This document shows positions 37,394 to 50,324 of a DNA stretch of 64,000 nt, piece by piece. The position numbers were made by a program, and so were the translations under genes. The stretch is from Nitrospirota bacterium (GTDB taxonomy: Bacteria > Nitrospirota > UBA9217). The notes under the pieces were generated by a model that did no database searches, was not told the origin of the DNA, and saw only the letters and a program-made list of their open reading frames with translations. The stretch covers positions 1 to 64,000 of the forward strand of contig CAVUHW010000012.1 in the NCBI GenBank assembly GCA_963741205.1. Direction: 5' to 3'. Position 1 is the stretch's first letter. Every line of letters starts with the position of its first letter.

Positions 37394-37646
37394 AACAGGA
37401 CTCTTCGCACCAACACGGGGAAAACCGTATGAATTTATTACATTGCTTCAAGTATATAACGTCGCTCGTCATTTTTCAACGAAGAAAAACCTTTATTGAA
37501 GAGGGGAATTCCGGGGTAGCTGCTGCTGATTTCAGGTTGATAGTGTATGAGCCCCTAATCGCGGACACTACAACACTTTAGGATGAACTAGGCTTGAGCC
37601 AGGCTATCTCCCGTGCACGAGTTGTGAGAGGCCACGGTTGGCGGTG

Positions 37647-37991
37647 CTAGCTCTCGTCACACTTTACACAGCGTGTGCATGTCGGGTCCTCCGAAAGCCG
37701 GTGAATATCGATTTCCTCGCTGCATACAAAGCAGTTTCCGTACTCGCCGGCTTCAATACGGCGAAATGCACCCTCAATTTTACCGAGTTGACGCTGACGC
37801 TGCCTGACTGCTTTCTCAACCACAAGCTGTTCTTGCATGGCACCCATGCGGGAAAGCCGGCCTGAACCGGCTTGATCCGGCTCCACGGCCTCTTTCGATG
37901 ATTCTTCAAGCATCTGAAGCTCCGATCTAAGAATAAGAAGCTTTTCTCTGAACTGTTCGATCTGTGTTTCATTCATTCGCGTCTCCGACAT
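37647..37991 (-). CDS. TraR/DksA C4-zinc-finger protein
   Basis: Coiled coil, GEYGNCFVC...CVKC. Confidence 0.85.
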   Translation of the reverse strand: MSETRMNETQIEQFREKLLILRSELQMLEESSKEAVEPDQAGSGRLSRMGAMQEQLVVEKAVRQRQRQLGKIEGAFRRIEAGEYGNCFVCSEEIDIHRLSEDPTCTRCVKCDES

Positions 37992-38039
37992 TTCTCGTTT
38001 GTCTCCAAGGGAACCGGCGGGGTAGCATTTTCGCTGCGT

Positions 38040-38912
38040 TCAGCATACCGAGTTTTTCAGGAACTCCTTTAGATCGCCCCCGATATCCTCCCTGACCAAA
38101 GCGTATTTTATGACCGCCTTCAGGTAGTTTAACGGATCACCGGTAGTCAGCCATTCTCCGTTATCCACCTCTTTGGCCAGAAAGATCCCCCCACGCTCAA
38201 CATACTGACGGATTGCATCGACGATCCAGAGTTCATTGTTTTTACCAAGTGGAATGTCTCTCAGAATATCGATAATATCCTGATTCAAAATCATCCGCCC
38301 GAAATCAGCCAAGTGAGACGGGGCCTCTTCTATGGATGGTTTTTCTATAATATTTTCTATTTCCGAAGAGTTGGGACGAAGCTTTACAATGCCGTAGCGG
38401 TTCACCATCTCTCGCTCGACTTTTTGCACCCCGATCATCAAGTGGCCATGCCTCTGATAATCCTCTATCATCTGTTTGGTGAAGGATACATTCGAGCGGA
38501 CAAGATCATCGCCCCAAACGTATATAAACGTTTCGTTTTCTACCAGGCTTGCTGCAGACAGCACCGGCGTACCATTCCCATAAGGCCCCTTTTGCCTGAT
38601 ATAGACGAAATTGGCCATCTCGGATATTCGCCGTATCTCCTCGAGCTGTTCCAGCTTTCCCGCTTCCTTTAATTCATTTGCCAGTGCCCAGTTATGGTCG
38701 AAGTGGTCTTCCAGAGATTTCTTATCCCATTTTGTGACAAGGATAATGTCCTGTATCCCGGCCTCCACCAATTCTTCTACGACCAGCTGAATAATCGGCT
38801 TGTCCACGATCGGCAACATCTCTTTGGGCATGGTCTTTGTTGCCGGAAGAAATCTCGTCCCGGCGCCGGCCACGGCAACAATCGCTTTCTTAATCTTTGG
38901 AACAGGCCTCAT
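38040..38912 (-). CDS. galU: UTP--glucose-1-phosphate uridylyltransferase
   Basis: AGAGTRFLPATKTMPKEMLPIVDKP, IEKP. Confidence 0.9.
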   Translation of the reverse strand: MRPVPKIKKAIVAVAGAGTRFLPATKTMPKEMLPIVDKPIIQLVVEELVEAGIQDIILVTKWDKKSLEDHFDHNWALANELKEAGKLEQLEEIRRISEMANFVYIRQKGPYGNGTPVLSAASLVENETFIYVWGDDLVRSNVSFTKQMIEDYQRHGHLMIGVQKVEREMVNRYGIVKLRPNSSEIENIIEKPSIEEAPSHLADFGRMILNQDIIDILRDIPLGKNNELWIVDAIRQYVERGGIFLAKEVDNGEWLTTGDPLNYLKAVIKYALVREDIGGDLKEFLKNSVC

Positions 38913-38927
38913 ATTGCCCCCTTATTG

Positions 38928-41900
38928 TTAAAGTATTCCTCTTCGCTTTATCTGGGCCGGTACCCTCATCTCGACCGCGTGCTCCTGACGATCGTCAACC
39001 AGGGAAATAGTCTGGCCGCTCTGCAGGGCGCCATCGACGGTCGCGCTCGCCTCCCTGTTGTCGCGTGTTTGCAGCACGGTGATATGGTAGATTGTTTCCC
39101 GGTACCTGTAGTGCATTGTAAACGAATCCCACTCCCAGGGCAGGCACGGCTCAAAGCGCAACTTGTCTGTTTCAAGCCGCAGCCCCAGAAGTGACTCCAG
39201 GATAAGCCGGTACATCCATCCGGCCGATCCCGTGTACCAGGACCATCCGCCCCTCCCGATGTGCGCAGGGGCCGCATAGACGTCGGCGGAGGCAACGTAT
39301 GGTTCTCCTTTGTAGATCGCGATCTCTTCAGGCGAGCTCGCATGGTTTATCGGATTGATCATCGCCAGAAGCTCCCATGCGCGGCTTCTGTCTCCCAATG
39401 CGGCAAAGGCCATCGCAGTCCAGACCGCGGCATGTGTATACTGCCCGCCGTTCTCCCTTACGCCGGGAACGTATCCTTTGATATAACCGGGATTCAGATC
39501 CGATTTGTCGAACGGCGGGTCCAGGAGCTGGATCAGGTTGTGTTCCCGTCGAACAAGAAGCTTATCCACCGCTTCCATTGCCAAGCGGGAGCGTTCGGCA
39601 TCCCCGGCGCCGGAGAGAACAGACCAGCTTTGGGCAATGGAATCGATACGGCATTCGGGATTGTTTGCCGAACCCAGCGGAGAACCGTCGTCAAAAAAAG
39701 CTCGCCGGTACCACTCGCCGTCCCAGCCGTGCTCCTCGATATTCCCGCGCAAACGATCGGCTTCTTCCTGGCAGCGCCCTTCGAATGATGGATCGCCATG
39801 CAGACGCGCGATCTCCGAAAATCGTACAAGCACTTCATACAGGAAAAACCCGAGCCAGACGCTTTCACCCTTGCCCTGCCTGCCCACCAGGTTCATGCCG
39901 TCGTTCCAATCACCCGAGCCCATAAGCGGCAGGCCGTGCTCGCCGCGGGTAAGGCCCCTCAGAATGGCCCGCACACAGTGATCGTACAGACTTGCCGTTT
40001 CTTCAGACGCATGGGGAAGATCGTAATACGAGTCCTCGTCCGGGTTTATTGGACGGCCTTCGATGAAACGGACGGTTTCATCCAGCACCCCGGTGTCTCC
40101 GGTTGCGAGAACGTAGCGGCACGCGGCCAGGGGCAGCCAGAGAAGATCGTCTGAACAGCGTGTTCGCACGCCCCGCCCCGTCGGGGGATGCCACCAATGC
40201 TGGACATCTCCCTCCTTGAACTGATGGGCCGCGCAGAGGAGGAGGTGCTCGCGCACGAGCCGAGGCTCGGAGAGGATGAGCGCCATCACGTCCTGCAGCT
40301 GGTCGCGGAAACCGAATGCGCCGCCGGACTGGTAGTATCCGCTCCGCGCCCAGAGACGGCACGCCAGGGTCTGGTAGAGGAGCCAGCCGTTGGCCAGCAT
40401 GTTGACGGATTGGTCGGGCGTTTCCACCTGCACCGCGCCGAGGGTGCGGTTCCAATACTCCCAGACTTTTTCCAGCGTCCCGCGCGCGGCAGCGGATCCC
40501 CGGAAGCGGCGCACCAGGTTGCCTGCGTCATCGGAGTTTCTTCCTGCGCCGAGCCTGAAGATAATCTCCCGCTCTTGCCCGTCCGCCAGATCGAAGGAAA
40601 CCTGGATAGCGGCGCACGGGTCCAGACCGGCGCCGATCCTTCCGGAAAGCCGCACACGGGTCATCGCAGCCGGTCTTTGAAGCGTGCCGTTTCGCCCGAG
40701 GAACTCGGTCCGGTCGCCGGTCACGGTCCGGGTCGCCTCGCCCGTATCAAAGAACGCGGTCCGGTCGATGAACTCCGAGTTATACGGGTTCCGCGCAAAG
40801 AGCGCGCCTGTTTTGGGGTCTATTTCGGTGATCACTTGCATTGACGTTTTCGGCCGAAGATCCCCAGTACCCATTCCACGTAACCGGTGGCTGAGAGCCG
40901 GCGCATTCGGCCTGATCTGTTTTTCACCTTCAATACCGTAAATTTGATCGATGCATCCATGGCAACGTAAACCCAGACCTCCGAGCTGACCCCGTCCTCC
41001 CTGTGCTCAAAGACGCTGTAACCGAAGCCGTGGCGGGTGACATAATGCAGCGCCCCGCAGCCCGGCAGCGGGAGGGGGGACCAGAAATGGCCGCTCTCTT
41101 CATCGCGGAGATAATAAGCTTCTCCGCCGGAATCGCTTATGGGATCGTTGTTCCAGGGAGTGAGGCGGAACTCGTGGGCATTTTCGCTCCAGGTGTAGGC
41201 AGCTCCGCTCTCCGAAATAATTGTCCCGAAAAGCGGGTTTGCGATCACATTCACCCATGGCGCCGGAGTCTTCTGCCGCGTGGCGGTCGCAATCACGTAC
41301 TCGCGGCCGTCAGGCGTGAATCCTCCGAGTCCGTTGAAGAAGATCAGGTCGCGGCGGGGCAGCTCGGCGGCCGTCGGGGTCTTCGGCGCGATGGGTTCGG
41401 ATCGGCGTGAGGCGCGGGACCGGCACATCCGCCAGGCGGCGACGGTGGATCTGGTCCCACAGCGTCCCCCGGCTGTCGGTGAGGATGGCGCGAGCGACCG
41501 TTTGCAGCAGAATGCGGTCCTCTTCCGATATCTGCTCCGCGAGCCTCAAAAAGATGCCGCCCGGTCGATCGGTCACGTTGGCTTCAATGCCTGCGGCAAT
41601 CAACCCCATGATTTGTTCTTGGAGCAGTTGCCGATAACCTGCTTGATCTTCGTTCCAGATCACCAGGTCCACCGCCAGCCCTTTTAAGTGCCAGTATGCG
41701 TGGGCCTGCACGAGTTGGCGCACCAGGTCGATGTTCGCCGGATCTGCGATCTTCACCAGCACGATCGGCAAATCGCCGGAAATGGAATAGCCCCACAGTC
41801 CGGATTGCCCGCGGCGGTTCTTGATGAGAACGCTCGCGTCGGCGCGCAGAGAGGAATTGGCATAGATGACGTTGCCGGCAAGGTGTCCATAGAGTTGCGC

Positions 41901-44900
41901 GTCGGCCTCCGTGGCATTGAGCTGTTGCAGGACCACCTGTCCGTGTGTCCACGCCAGGTCGAAGACGCGGTCCGCGAGGCGCCGATCCTGGTATTTCCCG
42001 ACAAGGCTTAACGCGACGTCGCGGGTTTCGCAGGCGCCGGAGACGATATCGATCGCCGCCGATTCTTCCGGATCGAGCGTGATCCGATGCCGGATCGAGA
42101 CAATCGGATCGAGCACGGAGCCCTGGCTGCCCGAGAGCGCCGCGGGTCCTCTCATCGCTTGCGGATCGGCGGCCGTGTTTCCGCGGCCGATGAACCGCAT
42201 CCGGTCGGTCTCGCAGGAAACTTCCACGGTGTCCGTCCCGTGCACTGCCATCAGGTGAAACATCCAGGGCACCGGCTCATTGAGAGAGCGGGGCCGGCGG
42301 GTGCAGAGGATCGCCTGGCGCTGGGGGAGGATCTCCGTCTGGACGAAGAGGTTGCCGAACGCCGGATGCAACGCGTCCGCGGCAGGCGATGCAAGAACGA
42401 CTTCCGCGTAACTCGTGATCTCAATCTCTCTGCGTGCTCTGCAGCGGTTGGTGATCGTGATCCTGCGCAGCTCAATATCATCCTCGGGAGAGACGGCGAT
42501 CTCGGTATGGGTATCGATAGTCATGGTCCCGGCGGCGGAACTCCGCTCGCGCGCCCGAGAAGATCGCTTCGTAGGTGTCCGGCCGTTTGAGCGTCGGCTG
42601 ATAGGCGGTCGACCAAAACTCCCCGCTCGCCGCGTCGCGGATGTAGCAGAACGTCCCCCAATTGTCGCAGGTGCTGTCCTCGCGCCAGCGTGTCACCGCG
42701 ATGTCCTTCCATCGGCTGTAGCCGCCGCCCGCGTTCGTGACCATCACGTGGTATCTGCCGTTCGACAGAAGCTGCACCTCCGGTATCGGGGTGTCGGGGG
42801 TGCCGAAAACCCGGACCGGCATTTCCGGGCCGACGGAAGTCGGCCGCAGGTCGGAGAGCTCGGCGGCGCGCGAAAAGAACGCCGTCGCCTTCGGAACCCG
42901 TTCCTGGAGCAACAGCGTGGTCGCCTGGAACTGCGGATCCGACTCGAATCGCTTCTGCATCGGACGGTCCAGGAGCAGATAGGCCAGTGAGAGGAGGCTC
43001 ATGCCCTCGTGATGTGCCAGGAAAGCCCGGACCACGGCACTCGATTGGCCGCGTCGTTGACGGGAAGGGGTATAGTCGATGGCTTCAAAGAAACCGTATT
43101 TCCCGATCGTACCCCTCGGCGGCGAGGCGCTGCAGATTCCGGCACGCCTCCTCGGGCGCCACCATCAACGCGAGCACCGAGGCGTACGGCGCGACGACCA
43201 GATCGTCCGCGAGGCCGCGTTTGAGCCCCAGACCAGGAACACCGAACGCGCGGTACTGGTAGTTGAGACGAATGTCGACCATGTTGTAGCAGGATTCCGA
43301 CATGCCCCATGGTATGCCGAGCTGCCCCCCATACTGGATCTGCCTCTTGACGGCCGCCTTGCAGGTCCGGTCGAGCAGCGTGTTTTCGTACGTCGGCATC
43401 ACCAGGAGCGGCATGAGGTACTCGAACATCGAACCGCTCCACGAAAGGAGGACCGGCTCTCCACCGGCGGTAGTGAGCAGGCGCCCCAGGGCAAACCAGC
43501 TTTCCTGCGGCAGCTGCCCTTGCGCAATCCCTACGAAACTGCAGAGCCTTGCTTCCGAAGCCAGCAGGTCGTAGTAACTCGTGTCCCGCCTGCGGCTGTC
43601 AACGTTGTACCCGATGGCCAGTAAATGGCTTGACCTGTCGAACAGGAAGTCATACTCCATGCGGCTGAGTTCTCCGGATTGCAACACAAGCTTTTCTATG
43701 GCCGTGATCCTCTCTGCGGCAGTATCGTTTTCTCTTTTCGCCAAATCGCGCAAAGTCGGGATATCATCAATACTGCAGATCGGACAACGGGGCGAGGAGG
43801 GTCAGCTCGTCAAGCGCGGCCCTGCATTGCCCGGTAAAAGCGCGCGCCCACCGTCCTGCCTGATTCTCCGAAGGATACCGGAATTATCGATCCGGGAAAG
43901 CAGGTCCTCCGCGGACGTTGTCAATTGAGCAAGGCAGGACCTCGCAGCCGTGAGCGTAGTGGCGGGGAATTGTACGCGGACTCCAGGTCGTTCTGAAGTT
44001 GAGCAAGGACTTCGGCGAGCTCAGTCGAGCCGCCGTTGGATCGTCTTCCAACCTGACGAACCTGAATCAAAAAGCCGTGACCGCTGGCAGCGGTCGCGAA
44101 GAATTTTGCAAGCTTTCCTGTTTGAGATTTCCTTTGCGTCCCTTGCGCCTTCGCGGTAAACCGTCTCTCCATTTTGACCAGAACGTGATTCTTCAGCTTT
44201 CAAAACGTCCATGAGGACCTGCAGGGTATCGGAGAGCCCGCTGAACAATCTCGCATGAACGATCTTGTGATCGGGAAGTGCGAGCAGACCCTGCCGCAAG
44301 GTGAGCAGATTAGCCGCAAGGTTCCCGCTGTCCACCGTAGATACATACTTGGGCTGCAGCGGCTTCAGAGACTGCGTGTCATACCAGTTGTAGAAGTGGC
44401 CCCGGTGCCGATCCAGGGCTTCCATTGTTCGCAATGCATTCTCCGTGCGCTCGATGAGTTGTCCGGCAGGAATATAGCCGAAGTCGTATGCGGACAGATT
44501 CGCAAGCAGCGCAAGTCCCATGTTGGTCGGCGACGTGCGATGCGCGACCATAGCAGCGCGATACTCCTGATAGTTATCAGGCGGCAGCCAGTTGTCCTCC
44601 GGGCCGACGAATGTCTCGAAGAAGCGCCCAGGTTTTTCGGGAAAGCTTTCGGAGAAAAAGGAGCTGGCGCGCGTCAATCGTGCTTCACGGTGCGTAAGCG
44701 GCCGGCTGATCCACCACGCGATGACGGGTGAAGCAAACCAGAGCACCAGGAGAGGCCCGGCCGCTCCCAACGCAGCCGGATTCGAAAGCGCCAGATAGAC
44801 CACCACGGCGACCGCGAGAAAGGGGGCGAACCACATCGTCAGACAAGCAGCGGCGAGGCCCGTTCGGCCCTTCCGGTCCGGGTCGCCTGACGGACTCCAT

Positions 44901-47735
44901 TCGAGAAGCCGCTTGTGCGTGACGAGCATTCTTCCTATCGTGCGCACGACCGCATCCAGACTGAAAAACGCCTCGTAGGGGAGGCACGCAAGCGTAAACA
45001 GATCGTGGGCAAAGCGCCTGCCAATGGACCGCCCTGCAGCAGCGAGATGCTGCCGGAGAAGCACCTCGCGCGGTTTTTGAAGCAGATCCAGGATAGAGGA
45101 AATAAAAGAAGGGATCAGAATAATCCCGATCACTGACACGGTCCAGAACCAGGGCGAAGACAAGATCGTCCAACCGAGCAATAAGAGGAGCGTCATTGCC
45201 GAAGGCACGAGACTGCGCCGAAGGTTGTCGAGGAGCTTCCATTGGGACAGCAACGAGAGAGGATTCTTCCGGCGCTGCCGGTCACGCGCAGACCCGGGGC
45301 CAGGGACAACCGCCCGCAGCCAGGACAGAAGCTGCCAATCCCCGCGAATCCACCGGTGGCGGCGGCTCACGTCCGCGCTGTAGCGGGGAGGATATTCTTC
45401 GTACACCATTACATCGCTCAACAGTCCGGCTCGAGCATAACACCCTTCGATAAGATCGTGGCTCAGGATCCGGTTCTCGGGGAAGCGTCCGCTCCAGCGT
45501 CCGCTCGAACGCGTCGACATCGTAGATCCCCTTGCCGATAAAGGAGCCTTCAAGAAAGAGGTCCTGGTAGACATCCGAGACAGCGCGCGTATAGGGGTCA
45601 ATGCCCGGGTCGCTCCCCTCCATGCGCGCATACCGCGACCGGTTTGTGCCCGGCAAACTCACCGCCACCCGAGGCTGAAGGATGCCGTACCCCGCGACAA
45701 CACGCTGCTTGCCTTCGTCGTATTGCGGACGATTCAGCGGATGCGCCATGGCTGCCACGAGCTGCCGGGCCGAATCGCGCGGCAGCTGGGTATCCGTGTC
45801 CAGGGTAATCACATACTTCACGTTGAGCAGCACTGCAATATTGCCGACGACGAGGGAGAACCGGTCACGCGAGCCGCTGCGAAGAAGTGAATTCAGTGCC
45901 GCAAGCTTTCCCCGCTTGCGCTCGTAACCCATCCAGACGCCCTCCAAGGGATTCCATTGGCGAGGGCGGTGAAAAAGGAAGAACGTATCGCTCTTTGCCT
46001 TTCCGTACTTCTCATTCAGCTCTTCGATTCTTTGCCGGGCGAGCAGCAAGAGCGGTTCGTCCTCCGGCAGTATTTCTTCCGATGCGTCCGGAAAATCAGT
46101 CAGCAGTCCGAAGTGCAGGTTTTCATCGCGATTTGCCAGAAACCTGACTTCCAACGCCTCGACCAGATTCTCGATGTCGGGAGCGCTCGTGAGGAATGTC
46201 GGGATCACCACCAGGGCGAGAGATTCCTCCGGAATTCCTTCGGAGAAGTCCATTCGCGGCAGCGGATGCGGCGCCACCAGCAATGTGGCCAGCCAGTTCA
46301 CCAACGCCACCGCCAGCTGGCTTCCGCCCAGCAGCGAAAGGAACCCCATCAGCGCGAGCAGCCAATCCGGGTACCCGCCTGCATGCGCCTTTGCCAGCAG
46401 GCTCCCTGTGAAAATCACCGTCATCAGTGTGATCGAGCCCAGATAGAGGAACAAAGGAAACCTGCTACTCGCCCTTCGAAGGGACTCTATGACAGATAGC
46501 CGGACCCCTGCCAGGTGTTCAAGCTGCGCCAGTCCCTTGTCGATCAGGTAGTAGCCCACATGAGCCGAGCGCTCGTCTCCGCTTTGAGTGTCGTCTTTAC
46601 GGGCCGCGCTCGCGCGCGCAATCCGGACCGCGTTGGCTGCCACCTCCCCTTCAGATAGCCGGCCGCTCTTCGCAATCTTTTCCACCACGTGACGGTAACG
46701 GTCACGAGTAGAAAAATCCATTTTTCTGTATGTACCGCGGGGGTCCTCACGCAGGGTCTGCTCGACAACGCTCATCGTCTCGACGAACTTGCGCCAGTCC
46801 ATCCCTCCCAGAAATCGGAGGCTGCCGATGCTGTTGCTGATGGAAACCTGGTCCGCGGCCTGTTGTTGGCTCTCCGACTGCACCAACTGCTCGATCGTCA
46901 GACCGGACTCGGAAAGTCGATGCTCGATCCAGGTGAGCGGCAATGCCAGAGCGGGGCTCTGTCCCTTCAACCGGCGGGCAAATTCCGCAACAAACGAGCT
47001 CACCATCGGGGGGTTCGACCGCGCCATGTCCGCAGTCACCAGGATCAGGCTCTTCGGATCCTTCTCGGCAATCTCGGTCATCTGTTCCGCCCATTGGGCG
47101 GCGCTGTTTCGTTCGATCATGTTGGCGGCGATCCGGGCCCCGACGCGTCGGAGATTCTCGATCAACGCCAGGCGCAGCATGATGGGGATCGCCCACAATT
47201 CTCCCAGCTTCAGGACGGTGACTGACTGGTAGGCCGCAATAAAACTGCTGAGGCTTTCCGGGTCCACCCGCCCGTCGCCGTGCGAGATCGTTTCCAGGGC
47301 GATGTCATAAACGCGCGGAAGCCCGGCAGAGGGTCCATTGAGCAGGCGGGGCAGCTCCCGGCTGTAACCCTTTGGCAAGTGTCTCCTTGCCGTCCGGATC
47401 TGTTCTTCGATCAGATAGAAGTTATCGAGCAGCCATTCGGCTGCCGGCATGATCCTGCGCTCCGTCTTGACCGCTTCTACCAGCAGGCTGCGGGTCCCGG
47501 CCAGGATGGCTTCATTCTCAGCCAACCGCGCCAGAAGCCGGTCACGAGCGCGTCCCGGGTGGAGCGTGTGCAGGCCCGCAAGGGTCTTGCCATGCTGCTC
47601 CATCTGGTCGCTGCTGAACAATTCCGATCGCAGTGGCGGCTCGTAAACGGCGAACTTTGCTTCCCGGCCTTTTTTCGGAAAGCGCGCCAGCACATTGGGC
47701 AGGTTCCCGAGAATGGTTTTGTTGCTCAACTTCAC
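38928..47735 (-). CDS. ndvB: Cyclic beta-1,2-glucan synthase (GT84 + GH94), several frameshifts
   Basis: [83 protein letters not shown]. Confidence 0.93.
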
Positions 47736-47970
47736 TGGCTGATACTCTCCTTAAAATACAAACCTTATAAAACCACGGGTCAGCTGCGGGACACACGTAT
47801 AAGGCAGACGCATGCTTTTTATCTGTGCTTCCAACTTCCCCCGGCGCTTAGGGTGCCTAGCGTGAGAGGGGGGATGCGGCGAAACCGCCTGTGGTTAATG
47901 ACATCTTGGTTCCGGCTTATCCCGTTAGTATATCAAGAATGTTATCAGGTCGTTATCCAATATTCATTCG

Positions 47971-48864
47971 TCACGTATTTGTCGATATCAGAGGTTTGAC
48001 CGCTGGCCTTCGCTTCTTGAAAACCCGGATCTCGACGTCCACATCCAAAGCAAGCCGGTCAAGGGCCTCCACCTTGGCCTTGGTCTTCAGATCGATATTC
48101 CAGAAATAGGGCGTCATTGCCAGAAGGTCCATGATCGCCGAGCTCTCTGTAAGCTCAAGCGGATAATTGATCCTCGTTTCACTGGAAAGAGAAAAGAGTT
48201 GTTCGGCCTCTTCGCTGATTGTTGATGGCGCATGCTCCCTGGCATTCGGATAAATGACCTCCCGCAGGCCGTTGAGGTGCCTTGGGCCGGGGCTTACGAT
48301 CAAGAGCCCCCCTGTCTCCCTAAGCACCCTCGAGAATTCTGGAAAGTCAGCAGGCGAAAATACATTCAGAATCAAATCAAGGGAGGATTGTGCGAAGGGG
48401 AGGTCGATGATGCTGGCAACAAACCAGTCCATCGTCCTGTCCCGTTGGGCGGCTTGGCGGACGGCAAATTTAGAAATATCCACTCCGTAGTATTCAACAG
48501 GGATCCGGGTCCTGGGTCTCTGCATCAGGAACTCCTTGAGGCGTTTGAGATAAAAACCCTCGCCGCAGCCAGCGTCAAGAATGTTGAAAGCGCGTTCACT
48601 CCCGGTGCCGGGGAGATCGCCCGCAACAGCTTCATTGATGCCGTTCGAAATTCTGTCGTACAGTCCCAGGTCCAGAAACCGCCTCCTGCTCCGGATCATT
48701 TCCTTGCCGTCGCCAGGTTCTTTGGAATTCTTCTTGTGAGAAAGCAGAACATTGACATACCCCTCGCGGGCAGCATCGAAGGTGTGGTTATTGGAGCATT
48801 GGTAGCCGTCGGAGGAGTTAAGCAGCGGATTCCGGCACACGGGGCATTGCAGGATGATGGTCAT
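47971..48864 (-). CDS. rlmA: RlmA-like rRNA m1G methyltransferase
   Basis: CPVC..C...H zinc finger, LDAGCGEGFY, LLAMTPYFW. Confidence 0.85.
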   Translation of the reverse strand: MTIILQCPVCRNPLLNSSDGYQCSNNHTFDAAREGYVNVLLSHKKNSKEPGDGKEMIRSRRRFLDLGLYDRISNGINEAVAGDLPGTGSERAFNILDAGCGEGFYLKRLKEFLMQRPRTRIPVEYYGVDISKFAVRQAAQRDRTMDWFVASIIDLPFAQSSLDLILNVFSPADFPEFSRVLRETGGLLIVSPGPRHLNGLREVIYPNAREHAPSTISEEAEQLFSLSSETRINYPLELTESSAIMDLLAMTPYFWNIDLKTKAKVEALDRLALDVDVEIRVFKKRRPAVKPLISTNT

Positions 48865-48962
48865 AGGATCACGTCAGCTCCTGTTTTTGTCTGTAACTCT
48901 GTCTGTGGTTCATGTTTCTCCTTCAGTGTAAAGCAACAAACTCCGCGTTGTTATGCTGGCTG

Positions 48963-48995
48963 AAAAAAAACAGGCCCTGACATGATCAGGGCCTG
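48963..48995 (-). terminator. Intrinsic terminator (original cspA terminator)
   Basis: CAGGCCCTGA-CATGA-TCAGGGCCTG hairpin followed by T8 on the minus strand. Confidence 0.8.
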
Positions 48996-49118
48996 CAAAG
49001 GTCTATGCCTTAGACATAATGGCTGACAGTTGAAAATCAAGTGACCTGCCCCTTGCAACGTGGGTTATACTTGGGAACCCGGTTCCCAAATACAGAGCCA
49101 CAACCAAGGAGGCAGGTC

Positions 49119-50227
49119 ATGAAACATTCTATCATTTTTGTCGGACTCGATGTACACAAAGATTCGATCGATATCGCCATGGCCGATGACGGCAGAAACG
49201 GCGAGATCAGGTTCTACGGCACCATCGGCGGCGATCTGGCATCGCTGGACAAAGCGATCCGGAAATTCCGCCGTTCAGGCGTTGAGCTTCGCTTCGTATA
49301 TGAAGCGGGACCCTGCGGCTATGAGATCTACCGGCACCTGACCGCACAGGGATTCCACTGCGATGTTATCGCGCCTTCGATGACACCGAAGAAGAGCGGC
49401 GACCGAATCAAAACCGACCGGCGGGATGCCCTGACTCTTGCCCGGCTCTACCGGGCGGGCGAATTGACACCGGTTTATGTCCCCCGCGAGGACGATGAGG
49501 CCATGCGTGACCTGGTTCGGGGCCGGGAGGATGCTGTAAACGCAACCCGGAAGGCCCGGCAACGCTTGAGTGCTTTCATTCTTCGTCATGGATTCCGGTA
49601 TTCGGGCGCAAAAGCTTGGAGCGTAGCCCATCTGCGTTGGCTTGCGGACATCAAAATGCCGCATCCGGCCCAGCAGATCACGCTACAGGAGTATATCCAC
49701 AGCATCGAAGAGTGCTCGGAGCGTGTAGATCGCCTGACCGAGCAGATATTGAAACTGATCCCGACATGGCGCATGGAGCCGGTAGTAAATGCCCTGCAAG
49801 CCCTACGGGGCGTGGCACCCATCGTTGCATCGACCATGGTGGTCGAGATCGGAGACCTCAGGCGGTTTGAGAATCCCCGGCAGCTCATGGCCTATCTGGG
49901 CTGGTTCCATCGGAGAACTCCAGCGGCCAGACCACAAAGCGGGGTGGGATCACCAAAACGGGCAACGGACATGCCCGGCGTGCGCTGATCGAGGCAGCCC
50001 AGGCATATAGTTTCCCGGCCAGGGTCAGCAGAGCGCTCCGAAAACGTCAAGAGGGCCTGCCGCGCGAGATCAAGGAAATATCCTGGAAAGCCCAAGTGCG
50101 GCTCTGCGGACGATTCCGCAAGCTCATGGCCAAGGGGAAGAACAGAAACCGAACCGTAACCGCGATCGCACGAGAGCTTTCCGGTTTCATGTGGGCCATT
50201 GCCAAGGAAGTGCCCATGCCGGCATAA
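49119..50227 (+). CDS. IS110 DEDD recombinase (frameshift near 49900)
   Basis: VGLDVHKDSI, YEAGPCG, KTDRRDA, SSG..ITKTGN, AIAREL. Confidence 0.93.
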
Positions 50228-50324
50228 TGCCAGGAATAACTTTCAAAGAACAAGACGGCTATTAAGGAGAGCAACCAAGACCAAATACAACTATCCAGGG
50301 TATCATCAGAGACGCGACCACGAT

